A stretch of DNA of 64,000 bases, taken from positions 121,396,001 to 121,460,000 of the forward strand of contig OZ024744.1 of the NCBI GenBank assembly GCA_964016885.1. Direction: 5' to 3'. The DNA comes from Eledone cirrhosa (lineage: Eukaryota). How positions within the stretch are numbered: the first letter of the stretch is position 1; each line of letters starts with the position of its first letter. Shown here one piece after another: positions 40,901-53,289 of this stretch. A program made the translations under genes and the position numbers. The notes beneath the pieces are model-generated. The model searched no databases and had not been told where the DNA came from. It saw only the letters and a program-made list of their open reading frames with translations.

Positions 40901-43900
40901 AGAGGTAGTGATGGATGTTGTGAAGAGAGATAGTGTGAGATGGTTGGGTCATGTGTTGAGGAAGGATAAAATTGATTGGGTGAGAGGAATAGAGGTAGTG
41001 ATGGATGTTGTGAAGAGAGATAGTGTGGGACGGTTGGGTCATGTGTTGAGGAAGTATGAAAATGACTGGGTGAGAGGAATCAGAGGTAGTGATGGATGTT
41101 GTGAAGAGAAATAGTGTGAGATGGTTGGGTCATGTGCTGAGGAAGGATAAAAGTGACTGGGTAAGAGGAATAGATGTAGTGATGGATGTTGTGAAGAGAG
41201 ATAGTGTGAGATGGTTCGGTCATGTGTTGAGGCAGTATGAAAGTGCCTGGGTAAGAGGAAAAGAAGTAGTGATGGATGTTGTGAAAAGAGATAGTGTGAG
41301 ATGGTTGGGTCATGTATTGAGGAAGTATGAGAGGAATAGAGGTAGTGATGGATGTTGTGAAGAGAGATAGTGAGATGGTTGGGTCATGTGTTGAGGAAGG
41401 TTGAATGTGAATGGGTGAAGGAATAGAGGTAATGATGGATGTTGTGAAGAAAGATAGTGTGGGACGGTTGGGTCATGTGTTAAGGAAGTATGAAAGTGAC
41501 TGGGTGAGAGCAATAGAGGTAGTGATGGATGTTGTGAAGAGAGATAGTGTTAGATGGTTGGGTCATGTGATGAGGAAGGTTAAAAGTGACTGGGTGAGTG
41601 GAATAGAGGTAGTGATGGATGTTGTGAAGAGAGATAGTGTGGGACGGTTGGGTCATGTGTTGAGGAAGTATGAAAGTGACTGGGTGAGAGGAATCAGAGG
41701 TAGTGATGGATGTTGTGAAGAGAGATAGTGTGAGATGGTTGGGTCATGTGTTGAGGAAGGATAAAAGTGACTGGGTGAGAGGAATAGAGGTAGTGATGGA
41801 TGTTGTGAAGAGAGATAGTGTGAGATGGTTGGGTCATGTGTTGAGGAAGGATAAAAGTGACTGTGTGAGAGGAATAGAAGTAGTGATGGATGTTGTGAAG
41901 AGAGATAGTGTGAGATTGTTGGGTCATGTGTTGAGGAAGGATGAAAGTGACTGGGTGAGAGGAATAGAGGTAGTGATGGATGTTGTGAAGAGAGATAGTG
42001 TGAGATGGTTGGGTCATGTGTTGAGGAAGTATGAAAGTGACTGGGTGAGAGGAATAGAGGTAGTGATGGATGTTGTGAAGAGAGATAGTGTGAGATGGTT
42101 GGGTCATATGTTGAGGAAGGATAAAAGTGACTGGGTGAGAGGAATAGAGGTAGTGATGGATGTTGTGAGGAGAGATAGTGTGAGATGGTTGGTTCATGTG
42201 TTGAGGAAGTATGAAAGTGACTTGTTGAGAGTAATAGAGGTAGTGATAGATGTTGTGAAGAGAGATAGTGTAAGATGGTTGGGTCATGTGTTGAGGAAGT
42301 ATGAAAGTGACTGGGTGAGAGGAATAGAGGTAGAGATGGATGTTGTGAAGAGAGATAGTGTGAGATGATTGGGTCATGTGTTGAGGAAGTATGAAAGTGA
42401 CTGGGTGAGAGGAATAGAGGTACTGATGGATGTTGTGAAGAGAGATAGTGTGAGATGGTTGGGTCATGTGTTGAGGAACGATAAAATTGATTGGGTGAGA
42501 GGAATAGAGGTAGTGATGGATGTTGTGAAGAGAGATCGTGTGAGATGGTTGGGTCATGTGTTAAGGAAGTATGAATGTGACTGGGTGAGAGGAATAGAGG
42601 TAGTTATGGATGTTGTGAAGAGAGATAGTGTGAGATGGTTGGGTCATGTGTTGAGGAAGGATGAAAGTGACTGGGTGAGAGGAATAGAGGTAGTGATGGA
42701 TGTTGTGAAGAGAGATAGTGTGAGATGGTTGGGTCATGTGTTGAGGAAGGATAAAAGTGACTGGGTGAGAGGAATAGAGGTAGTGATGGATGTTGTGAAG
42801 AGAGATAGTCTGAGATGGTTAGGTCATGTGTTGAGGAAGGATGAAAGTGACTGGGTGAGAGGAATAGAGGTAGTTATGGATGTTGTGAAGAGGGATAGTG
42901 TGAGATGGTTGGGTCATGTGTTGAGGAAGGCTAAAAGTGACTGGGTGAGAGGAATAGAGGTAGTGATGGATGTGGGTGAAGAGAGATAGTGTGAGATGGT
43001 TGGGTCATGTGTTGAGGAAGGATGAGAATGACTGGGTGAGAGGAATAGAGGTAGTGATGGATGTTGTGAAGAGAGATAGTGTGAGATGGTTGGGTCATGT
43101 GTTGAGGAAGGATGAAAATGACTAGGTGAGAGGAACAGAGGTAGTGATGGATGTTGTGAAGAGAGATAGTGTGAAATGGTTGGATCATGTGTTGAGGAAG
43201 GATAAAGGTGACTGGGTGAGTGGAATAGAGGTAGTGATGGATGCTGTGAAGACAGATAGTGTGGGACGGTTCGGTCATGTGTTGAGGAAGTATGAAAATG
43301 ACTGGGTGAGAGGAATCAGAGGTAGTGATGGATGTTGTGAAGAGAAATAGTGTGAGATGGTTGGGTCATGTGTTGAGGAAGGATAAACGTGACTGGGTAA
43401 GAGGATTAGATGTAGTGATGGATGTTGTGAAGAGAGATAGTGTGAGATGGTTCGGTCATGTGTTGAGGCAGTATGAAAGTGACTGGGTAAGAGGAAAAGA
43501 AGTAGTGATGGATGTTGTGAAAAGAGGAAGTGTGAGATGGTTGGGTCATGTATTGAGGAAGTATGAAAGTGACGGGGTGAGAGGAATAGAGGTAGTGATG
43601 GATGTTGTGAAGAGATAGATAGTGAGATGGTTGGGTCATGTGTTGAGGAAGGTTGAATGTGAATGGGTGAAGGAATAGAGGTAGTGATGGATGTTGTGAA
43701 GAGGGATAGTGTGGGACGGTTGGGTCATGTGTTGAGGAAGTATGAAAGTGACTGGGTGAGAGGAATAGAGGTAGTTATGGATGTTGTGAAGAGAGATAGT
43801 GTGAGATGGTTGGGTCATGTGTTGAGGAAGGATGAAAGTGACTGGGTGAGAGGAATAGAGGTAGTGATGGATGTTGTGAAGAGAGATAGTGTGGGACGGT

Positions 43901-44067
43901 TGGGTCATGTGTTGAGGAAGGATAAAAGTGACTGGGTGAGAGGAATAGAGGTAGTGATGGATGTTGTGAAGAGAGATAGTGTGAGATGGTTGGGTCATGT
44001 GTTGAGGAAGGATAAAATTGATTGGGTGAGAGGAATAGAGGTAGTGATGGATGTTGTGAAGAGAGAT
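37991..44067 (+). repeat. Recent higher-order tandem duplication, period 3046 bp (about 34 monomers)
   Basis: Constant +3046 offset in the ORF track (38043/41089, 38657/41703, 39323/42369, 40080/43126, 40617/43663). A private 14-bp deletion is shared at about 38284 and 41330. One visible SNP at about 41511. Confidence 0.93.
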
Positions 44068-47000
44068 CGTGTGAGATGGTTGGGTCATGTGTTAAGGAAG
44101 TATGAATGTGACTGGGTGAGAGGAATAGAGGTAGTTATGGATGTTGTGAAGAGAGATAGTGTGAGATGGTTGGGTCATGTGTTGAGGAAGGATGAAAGTG
44201 ACTGGGTGAGAGGAATAGAGGTAGTGATGGATGTTGTGAAGAGAGATAGTGTGAGATGGTTGGGTCATATGTTGAGGAAGGATAAAAGTGACTGGGTGAG
44301 AGGAATAGAGGTAGTGATGGATGTTGTGAAGAGGGATAGTGTGAGATGGTTGGGTCATGTGTTGAGGAAGGCTAAAAGTGACTGGGTGAGAGGAATAGAG
44401 GTAGTGATGGATGTGGGTGAAGAGAGATAGTGTGAGATGGTTGGGTCATGTGTTGAGGAAGGATGAGAATGACTGGGTGAGAGGAATAGAGGTAGTGATG
44501 GATGTTGTGAAGAGAGATAGTGTGAGATGGTTGGGTCATGTATTGAGGAAGGATGAAAATGACTAGGTGAGAGGAACAGAGGTAGTGATGGATGTTGTGA
44601 AGAGAGATAGTGTGAAATGGTTGGATCATGTGTTGAGGAAGGATAAAGGTGACTGGGTGAGTGGAATAGAGGTAGTGATGGATGCTGTGAAGACAGATAG
44701 TGTGGGACGGTTCGGTCATGTGTTGAGGAAGTATGAAAATGACTGGGTGAGAGGAATCAGAGGTAGTGATGGATGTTGTGAAGAGAAATAGTGTGAGATG
44801 GTTGGGTCATGTGTTGAGGAAGGATAAAAGTGACTGGGTAAGAGGATTAGATGTAGTGATGGATGTTGTGAAGAGAGATAGTGTGAGATGGTTCGGTCAT
44901 GTGTTGAGGCAGTATGAAAGTGACTGGGTAAGAGGAAAAGAAGTAGTGATGGATGTTGTGAAAAGAGATAGTGTGAGATGGTTGGGTCATGTATTGAGGA
45001 AGTATGAAAGTGACGGGGTGAGAGGAATAGAGGTAGTGATGGATGTTGTGAAGAGGGAGATAGTGAGATGGTTGGGTCATGTGTTGAGGAAGGTTGAATG
45101 TGAATGGGTGAAGGAATAGAGGTAGTGATGGATGTTGTGAAGAGAGATAGTGTGGGACGGTTGGGTCATGTGTTGAGGAAGTATGAAAGTGACTGGGTGA
45201 GAGGAATCAGAGGTAGTGATGGATGTTGTGAAGAGAGATAGTGTGAGATGGTTGGGTCATGTGTTGAGGAAGGATAAAATTGATTGGGTGAGAGGAATAG
45301 AGGTAGTGATGGATGTTGTGAAGAGAGATCGTGTGAGATGGTTGGGTCATGTGTTAAGGAAGTATGAATGTGACTGGGTGAGAGGAATAGAGGTAGTTAT
45401 GGATGTTGTGAAGAGAGATAGTGTGAGATGGTTGGGTCATGTGTTGAGGAAGGATGAAAGTGACTGGGTGAGAGGAATAGAGGTAGTGATGGATGTTGTG
45501 AAGAGAGATAGTGTGAGATGGTTGGGTCATGTGTTGAGGAAGGATAAAAGTGACTGGGTGAAGGAATAGAGGTAGTGATGGATGTTGGGATGAGAGATAG
45601 TGTGGGACGGTTGGGTCATGTGTTGAGGAAGTATGAAAGTGACTGGGTGAGAGGAATCAGAGGTAGTGATGGATGTTGTGAAGAGAGATAGTGTGAGATG
45701 GTTGGGTCATGTGTTGAGGAAGGATAAAAGTGACTGGGTGAGAGGAATAGAGGTAGTGATGGATGTTGTGAAGAGAGATAGTGTTAGACGGTTGGGTCAT
45801 GTGATGAGGAAGGTTAAAAGTGACTGGGTGAGTGGAATAGATGTTGTGATGGATGTTGTTAAGAGAGATAGTGTGGGACGGTTGGGTCATGTGTTGAGGA
45901 AGTATGAAAGTGACTGGGTGAGAGGAATCAGAGGTAGTGATGGATGTTGTGAAGAGAGATAGTGTGAGATGGTTGGGTCATGTGTTGAGGAAGGATAAAA
46001 GTGACTGGGTGAGAGGAATAGAGGTAGTGATGGATGTTGTGAAGAGAGATAGTGTGAGATGGTTGGGTCATGTGTTGAGGAAGGATAAAAGTGACTGTGT
46101 GAGAGGAATAGAAGTAGTGATGGATGTTGTGAAGAGAGATAGTGTGAGATGGTTGGGTCATGTGTTGAGGAAGGATGAAAGTGACTGGGTGAGAGGAATA
46201 GAGGTAGTGATGGATGTTGTGAAGAGAGATAGAGTGAGATGGTTGGGCCATGTGTTGAGGAAGTATGAAAGTGACTGGGTGAGAAAAATAGAGGTAGTGA
46301 TGGATGTTGTGAAGAGAGATAGTGTGAGATGGTTGGGTCATATGTTGAGGAAGGATAAAAGTGACTGGGTGAGAGGAATAGAGGTAGTGATGGATGTTGT
46401 GAGGAGAGATAGTGTGAGATGGTTGGTTCATGTGTTGAGGAAGTATGAAAGTGACTTGTTGAGAGTAATAGAGGTAGTGATAGATGTTGTGAAGAGAGAT
46501 AGTGTAAGATGGTTGGGTCATGTGTTGAGGAAGTATGAAAGTGACTGGGTGAGAGGAATAGAGGTAGAGATGGATGTTGTGAAGAGAGATAGTGTGAGAT
46601 GATTGGGTCATGTGTTGAGGAAGTATGAAAGTGACTGGGTGAGAGGAATAGAGGTACTGATGGATGTTGTGAAGAGAGATAGTGTGAGATGGTTGGGTCA
46701 TGTGTTGAGGAAGGATAAAATTGATTGGGTGAGAGGAATAGAGGTAGTGATGGATGTTGTGAAGAGAGATCGTGTGAGATGGTTGTGTCATGTGTTAAGG
46801 AAGTATGAATGTGACTGGGTGAGAGGAATAGAGGTAGTCATGGATGTTGTGAAGAGAGATAGTGTGAGATGGTTGGGTCATGTGTTGAGGAAGGATGAAA
46901 GTGACTGGGTGAGAGGAATAGAGGTAGTGATGGATGTTGTGAAGAGAGATAGTGTGAGATGGTTGGGTCATGTGTTGAGGAAGGATAAAAGTGACTGGGT

Positions 47001-47279
47001 GAGAGGAATAGAGGTAGTGATGGATGTTGTGAAGAGAGATAGTCTGAGATGGTTAGGTCATGTGTTGAGGAAGGATGAAAGTGACTGGGTGAGAGGAATA
47101 GAGGTAGTTATGGATGTTGTGAAGAGGGATAGTGTGAGATGGTTGGGTCATGTGTTGAGGAAGGCTAAAAGTGACTGGGTGAGAGGAATAGAGGTAGTGA
47201 TGGATGTGGGTGAAGAGAGATAGTGTGAGATGGTTAGGTCATGTGTTGAGGAAGGATGAGAATGACTGGGTGAGAGGAA

Positions 47280-50200
47280 CAGAGGTAGTGATGGATGTTG
47301 TGAAGAGAGATAGTGTGAAATGGTTGGATCATGTGTTGAGGAAGGATAAAGGTGACTGGGTGAGTGGAATAGAGGTAGTGATGGATGCTGTGAAGAGAGA
47401 TAGTGTGGGACGGTTCGGTCATGTGTTGAGGAAGTATGAAAATGACTGGGTGAGAGGAATCAGAGGTAGTGATGGATGTTGTGAAGAGAAATAGTGTGAG
47501 ATGGTTGGGTCATGTGTTGAGGAAGGATAAAAGTGACTGGGTAAGAGGATTAGATGTAGTGATGGATGTTGTGAAGAGAGATAGTGTGAGATGGTTCGGT
47601 CATGTGTTGAGGCAGTATGAAAGTGACTGGGTAAGAGGAAAAGAAGTAGTGATGGATGTTGTGAAAAGAGATAGTGTGAGATGGTTGGGTCATGTATTGA
47701 GGAAGTATGAAAGTGACGGGGTGAGAGGAATAGAGGTAGTGATGGATGTTGTGAAGAGAGAGATAGTGAGATGGTTGGGTCATGTGTTGAGGAAGGTTGA
47801 ATGTGAATGGGTGAAGGAATAGAGGTAGTGATGGATGTTGTGAAGAGAGATAGTGTGGGACGGTTGGGTCATGTGTTGAGGAAGTATGAAAGTGACTGGG
47901 TGAGAGGAATCAGAGGTAGTGATGGATGTTGTGAAGAGAGATAGTGTGAGATGGTTGGGTCATGTGTTGAGGAAGGATAAAAGTGACTGGGTGAGAGGAA
48001 TAGAGGTAGTGATGGATGTTGTGAAGAGAGATAGTGTTAGACGGTTGGGTCATGTGATGAGGAAGGTTAAAAGTGACTGGGTGAGTGGAATAGATGTTGT
48101 GATGGATGTTGTGAAGAGAGATAGTGTGGGACGGTTGGGTCATGTGTTGAGGAAGTATGAAAGTGACTGGGTGAGAGGAATCAGAGGTACTGATGGATGT
48201 TGTGAAGAGAGATAGTGTGAGATGGTTGGGTCATGTGTTGAGGAAGGATAAAAGTGACTGGGTGAGAGGAATAGAGGTAGTTATGGATGTGGGTGAAGAG
48301 AGATAGTGTGAGATGGTTGGGTCATGTGTTGAGGAAGGATGAGAATGACTGGGTGAGAGGAATAGAGGTAGTGATGGATGTTGTGAAGAGAGATAGTGTG
48401 AGATGGTTGGGTCATGTGTTGAGGAAGGATGAAAATGACTAGGTGAGAGGAACAGAGGTAGTGATGGATGTTGTGAAGAGAGATAGTGTGAAATGGTTGG
48501 ATCATGTGTTGAGGAAGGATAAAGGTGACTGTGTGAGTGGAATAGAGGTAGTGATGGATGCTGTGAAGAGAGATAGTGTGGGACGGTTCGGTCATGTGTT
48601 GAGGAAGTATGAAAATGACTGGGTGAGAGGAATCAGAGGTGGTGATGGATGTTGTGAAGAGAAATAGTGTGAGATGGTTGGGTCATGTGTTGAGGAAGGA
48701 TAAAAGTGACTGGGTAAGAGGATTAGATGTAGTGATGGATGTTGTGAAGAGAGATAGTGTGAGATGGTTGGGTCATGTATTGAGGAAGTATGAAAGTGAC
48801 GGGGTGAGAGGAATAGAGGTAGTGATGGATGTTGTGAAGAGAGAGATAGTGAGATGGTTGGGTCATGTGTTGAGGAAGGTTGAATGTGAATGGGTGAAGG
48901 AATAGAGGTAGTGATGGATGTTGTGAAGAGAGATAGTGTGGGACGGTTGGGTCATGTGTTGAGGAAGTATGAAAGTGACTGGGTGAGAGGAATCAGAGGT
49001 AGTGATGGATGTTGTGAAGAGAGATAGTGTGAGATGGTTGGGTCATGTGTTGAGGAAGGATAAAATTGATTGGTTGAGAGGAATAGAGGTAGTGATGGAT
49101 GTTGTGAAGAGAGATCGTGTGAGATGGTTGGGTCATGTGTTAAGGAAGTATGAATGTGACTGGGTGAGAGGAATAGAGGTAGTTATGGATGTTGTGAAGA
49201 GAGATAGTGTGAGATGGTTGGGTCATGTGTTGAGGAAGGATGAAAGTGACTGGGTGAGAGGAATAGAGGTAGTGATGGATGTTGTGAAGAGAGATAGTGT
49301 GAGATGGTTGGGTCATGTGTTGAGGAAGGATAAAAGTGACTAGGTGAGAGGAACAGAGGTAGTGATGGATGTTGTGAAGAGAGATAGTGTGAAATGGTTG
49401 GATCATGTGTTGAGGAAGGATAAAAGTGACTGGGTGAGAGGAATAGAGGTAGTGATGGATGTTGTGAAGAGAGATAGTCTGAGATGGTTAGGTCATGTGT
49501 TGAGGAAGGATAAAAGTGACTGGGTGAGAGGAATAGAGGTAGTTATGGATGTGGGTGAAGAGAGATAGTGTGAGATGGTTGGGTCATGTGTTGAGGAAGG
49601 ATGAGAATGACTGGGTGAGAGGAATAGAGGTAGTGATGGATGTTGTGAAGAGAGATAGTGTGAGATGGTTGGGTCATGTGTTGAGGAAGGATGAAAGTGA
49701 CTGGGTGAGAGGAATAGAGGTAGTGATGGATGTTGTGAAGAGAGATAGTGTGAGATGGTTGGGTCATGTGTTGAGGAAGGATAAAAGTGACTGGGTGAGA
49801 GGAATAGAGGTAGTGATGGATGTTGTGAAGAGAGATAGTCTGAGATGGTTAGGTCATGTGTTGAGGAAGGATGAAAGTGACTGGGTGAGAGGAATAGAGG
49901 TAGTTATGGATGTTGTGAAGAGGGATAGTGTGAGATGGTTGGGTCATGTGTTGAGGAAGGCTAAAAGTGACTGGGTGAGAGGAATAGAGGTAGTGATGGA
50001 TGTGGGTGAAGAGAGATAGTGTGAGATGGTTGGGTCATGTGTTGAGGAAGGATGAGAATGACTGGGTGAGAGGAATAGAGGTAGTGATGGATGTTGTGAA
50101 GAGAGATAGTGTGAGATGGTTGAGTCATGTGTTGAGGAAGGATGAAAATGACTAGGTGAGAGGAACAGAGGTAGTGATGGATGTTGTGAAGAGAGATAGT

Positions 50201-51640
50201 GTGAAATGGTTGGATCATGTGTTGAGGAAGGATAAAGGTGACTGGGTGAGTGGAATAGAGGTAGTGATGGATGCTGTGAAGAGAGATAGTGTGGGACGGT
50301 TCGGTCATCTGTTGAGGAAGTATGAAAATGACTGGGTGAGAGGAATCAGAGGTAGTGATGGATGTTGTGAAGAGAAATAGTGTGAGATGGTTGGGACATG
50401 TGTTGAGGAAGGATAAAAGTGACTGGGTAAGAGGATTAGATGTAGTGATGGATGTTGTGAAGAGAGATAGTGTGAGATGGTTCGGTCATGTGTTGAGGCA
50501 GTATGAAAGTGACTGGGTAAGAGGAAAAGAAGTAGTGATGGATGTTGTGAAAAGAGATAGTGTGAGATGGTTGGGTCATGTATTGAGGAAGTATGAAAGT
50601 GACGGGGTGAGAGGAATAGAGGTAGTTATGGATGTTGTGAAGAGAGAGATAGTGAGATGGTTGGGTCATGTGTTGAGGAAGGTTGAATGTGAATGGGTGA
50701 AGGAATAGAGGTAGTGATGGATGTTGTGAAGAGAGATAGTGTGGGACGGTTGGGTCATGTGTTGAGGAAGTATGAAAGTGACTGGGTGAGAGGAATCAGA
50801 GGTAGTGATGGATGTTGTGAAGAGAGATAGTGTGAGATGGTTGGGTCATGTGTTGAGGAAGGATAAAAGTGACTGGGTGAGAGGAATAGAGGTAGTGATG
50901 GATGTTGTGAAGAGAGATAGTGTTAGACGGTTGGGTCATGTGATGAGGAAGGTTAAAAGTGACTGGGTGAGTGGAATAGATGTTGTGATGGATGTTGTGA
51001 AGAGAGATAGTGTGGGACGGTTGGGTCATGTGTTGAGGAAGTATGAAAGTGACTGGGTGAGAGGAATCAGAGGTACTGATGGATGTTGTGAAGAGAGATA
51101 GTGTGAGATGGTTGGGTCATGTGTTGAGGAAGGATAAAAGTGACTGGGTGAGAGGAATAGAGGTAGTTATGGATGTGGGTGAAGAGAGATAGTGTGAGAT
51201 GGTTGGGTCATGTGTTGAGGAAGGATGAGAATGACTGGGTGAGAGGAATAGAGGTAGTGATGGATGTTGTGAAGAGAGATAGTGTGAGATGGTTGGGTCA
51301 TGTGTTGAGGAAGGATGAAAATGACTAGGCGAGAGGAACAGAGGTAGTGATGGATGTTGTGAAGAGAGATAGTGTGAAATGGTTGGATCATGTGTTGAGG
51401 AAGGATAAAGGTGACTGGGTGAGTGGAATAGGGGTAGTGATGGATGCTGTGAAGAGAGATAGTGTGGGACAGTTCGGTCATGTGTTGAGGAAGTATGAAA
51501 ATGACTGGGTGAGAGGAATCAGAGGTAGTGATGGATGTTGTGAAGAGAAATAGTGTGAGATGGTTGGGTCATGTGTTGAGGAAGGATAAAAGTGACTGGG
51601 TAAGAGGATTAGATGTAGTGATGGATGTTGTGAAGAGAGA
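47280..51640 (+). repeat. Duplicate pair at offset 2886 bp (approx. 47280-48750 and 50166-51640)
   Basis: ORF offsets 47469/50355, 47919/50805 and 48281/51167 are all 2886, with the same order of variant monomers. Confidence 0.8.
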
Positions 51641-53289
51641 TAGTGTGAGATGGTTCGGTAATGTGTTGAGGCAGTATGAAAGTGACTGGGTAAGAGGAAA
51701 AGAAGTAGTGATGGATGTTGTGAAAAGAGATAGTGTGAGATGGTTGGGTCATGTATTGAGGAAGTATGAAAGTGACGGGGTGAGAGGAATAGAGGTAGTG
51801 ATGGATGTTGTGAAGAGAGAGATAGTGAGATGGTTGGGTCATGTGTTGAGGAAGGTTGAATGTGAATGGGTGAAGGAATACAGGTAGTGATGGATGTTGT
51901 GAAGAGAGATAGTGTGGGACGGTTGGGTCATGTGTTGAGGAAGTATGAAAGCGACTGGGTGAGAGGAATCAGAGGTAGTGATGGATGTTGTGAAGAGAAA
52001 TAGTGTGAGATGGTTGGGTCATGTGTTGAGGAAGGATAAAAGTGACTGGGTGAGAGGAATAGAGGTAGTGATGGATGTTGTGAAGAGAGATAGTGTTAGA
52101 CGGTTGGGTCATGTGATGAGGAAGGTTAAAAGTGACTGGGTGAGTGGAATAGATGTTGTGATGGATGTTGTGAAGAGAGATAGTGTGGGACGGTTGGGTC
52201 ATGTGTTGAGGAAGTATGAAAGTGACTGGGTGAGAGGAATCAGAGGTACTGATGGATGTTGTGAAGAGAGATAGTGTGAGATGGTTGGGTCATGTGTTGA
52301 GGAAGGATAAAAGTGACTGGGTGAGAGGAATAGAGATGGTGATGGATGTTGTGAAGAGAGATAGTGTGGGACGGTTGGGTCATGTGTTGAGGAATTATGA
52401 AAGTGACTGGGTGAGAGGAATCAGAGGTAGTGATGGATGTTGTGAAGAGAGATAGTGTGAGATGGTTGGGTCATGTGTTGAGGAAGGATGAAAGTGACTG
52501 GGTGAGAGGAATAGAGGTAGTGATGGATGTTGTGAAGAGAGATAGTGTGAGATGGTTGGGTCATGTGTTGAGGAAGGATGAAAGTGACTGGGTGAGAGGA
52601 ATAGAGGTAGTGATGGATGTTGTGAAGAGAGATAGTGTGAGATGGTTGGGTCATGTGTTGAGGAAGGATAAAAGTGACTGGGTGAGAGGAATAGAGGTAG
52701 TGATGGATGTTGTGAAGAGAGATAGTCTGAGATGGTTGGGTCATGTGTTGAGGAAGGATGAAAGTGACTGGGTGAGAGGAATAGAGGTAGTTATGGATGT
52801 TGTGAAGAGAGATAGTGTCAGATGGTTGGGTCATGTGTTGAGGAAGGATAAAAGTGACTGGGTGAGAGGAATAGAGGAAGTGATGGATGTTGTGAAGAGA
52901 GATAGTGTGAGATGGTTGGGTCATGTGTTGAGGAAGGATAAAAGTGACTGGGTGAGAGGAATAGAGGTAGTGATGGATGTTGTGAAGAGAGATAGTGTGA
53001 GATGGTTGGGTCATGTGTTGAGGAAGGATGAGAATGACTGGGTGAGAGGAATAGAGGTAGTGATGGATGTTGTGAAGAGAGATAGTGTGAGATGGTTGGG
53101 TCATGTGTTGAGGAAGGATGAAAATGACTAGGTGAGAGGAACAGAGGTAGTGATGGATGTTGTGAAGTGAGATAGTGTGAGATGGTTGGGTCATGTGTTG
53201 AGGAAGGATAAAAGTGACTGGGTGAGTGGAATAGAGGTAGTGATGGATATTGTGAAGAGAGATAGTGTGGGACTGTTCGGTCATGTGTT

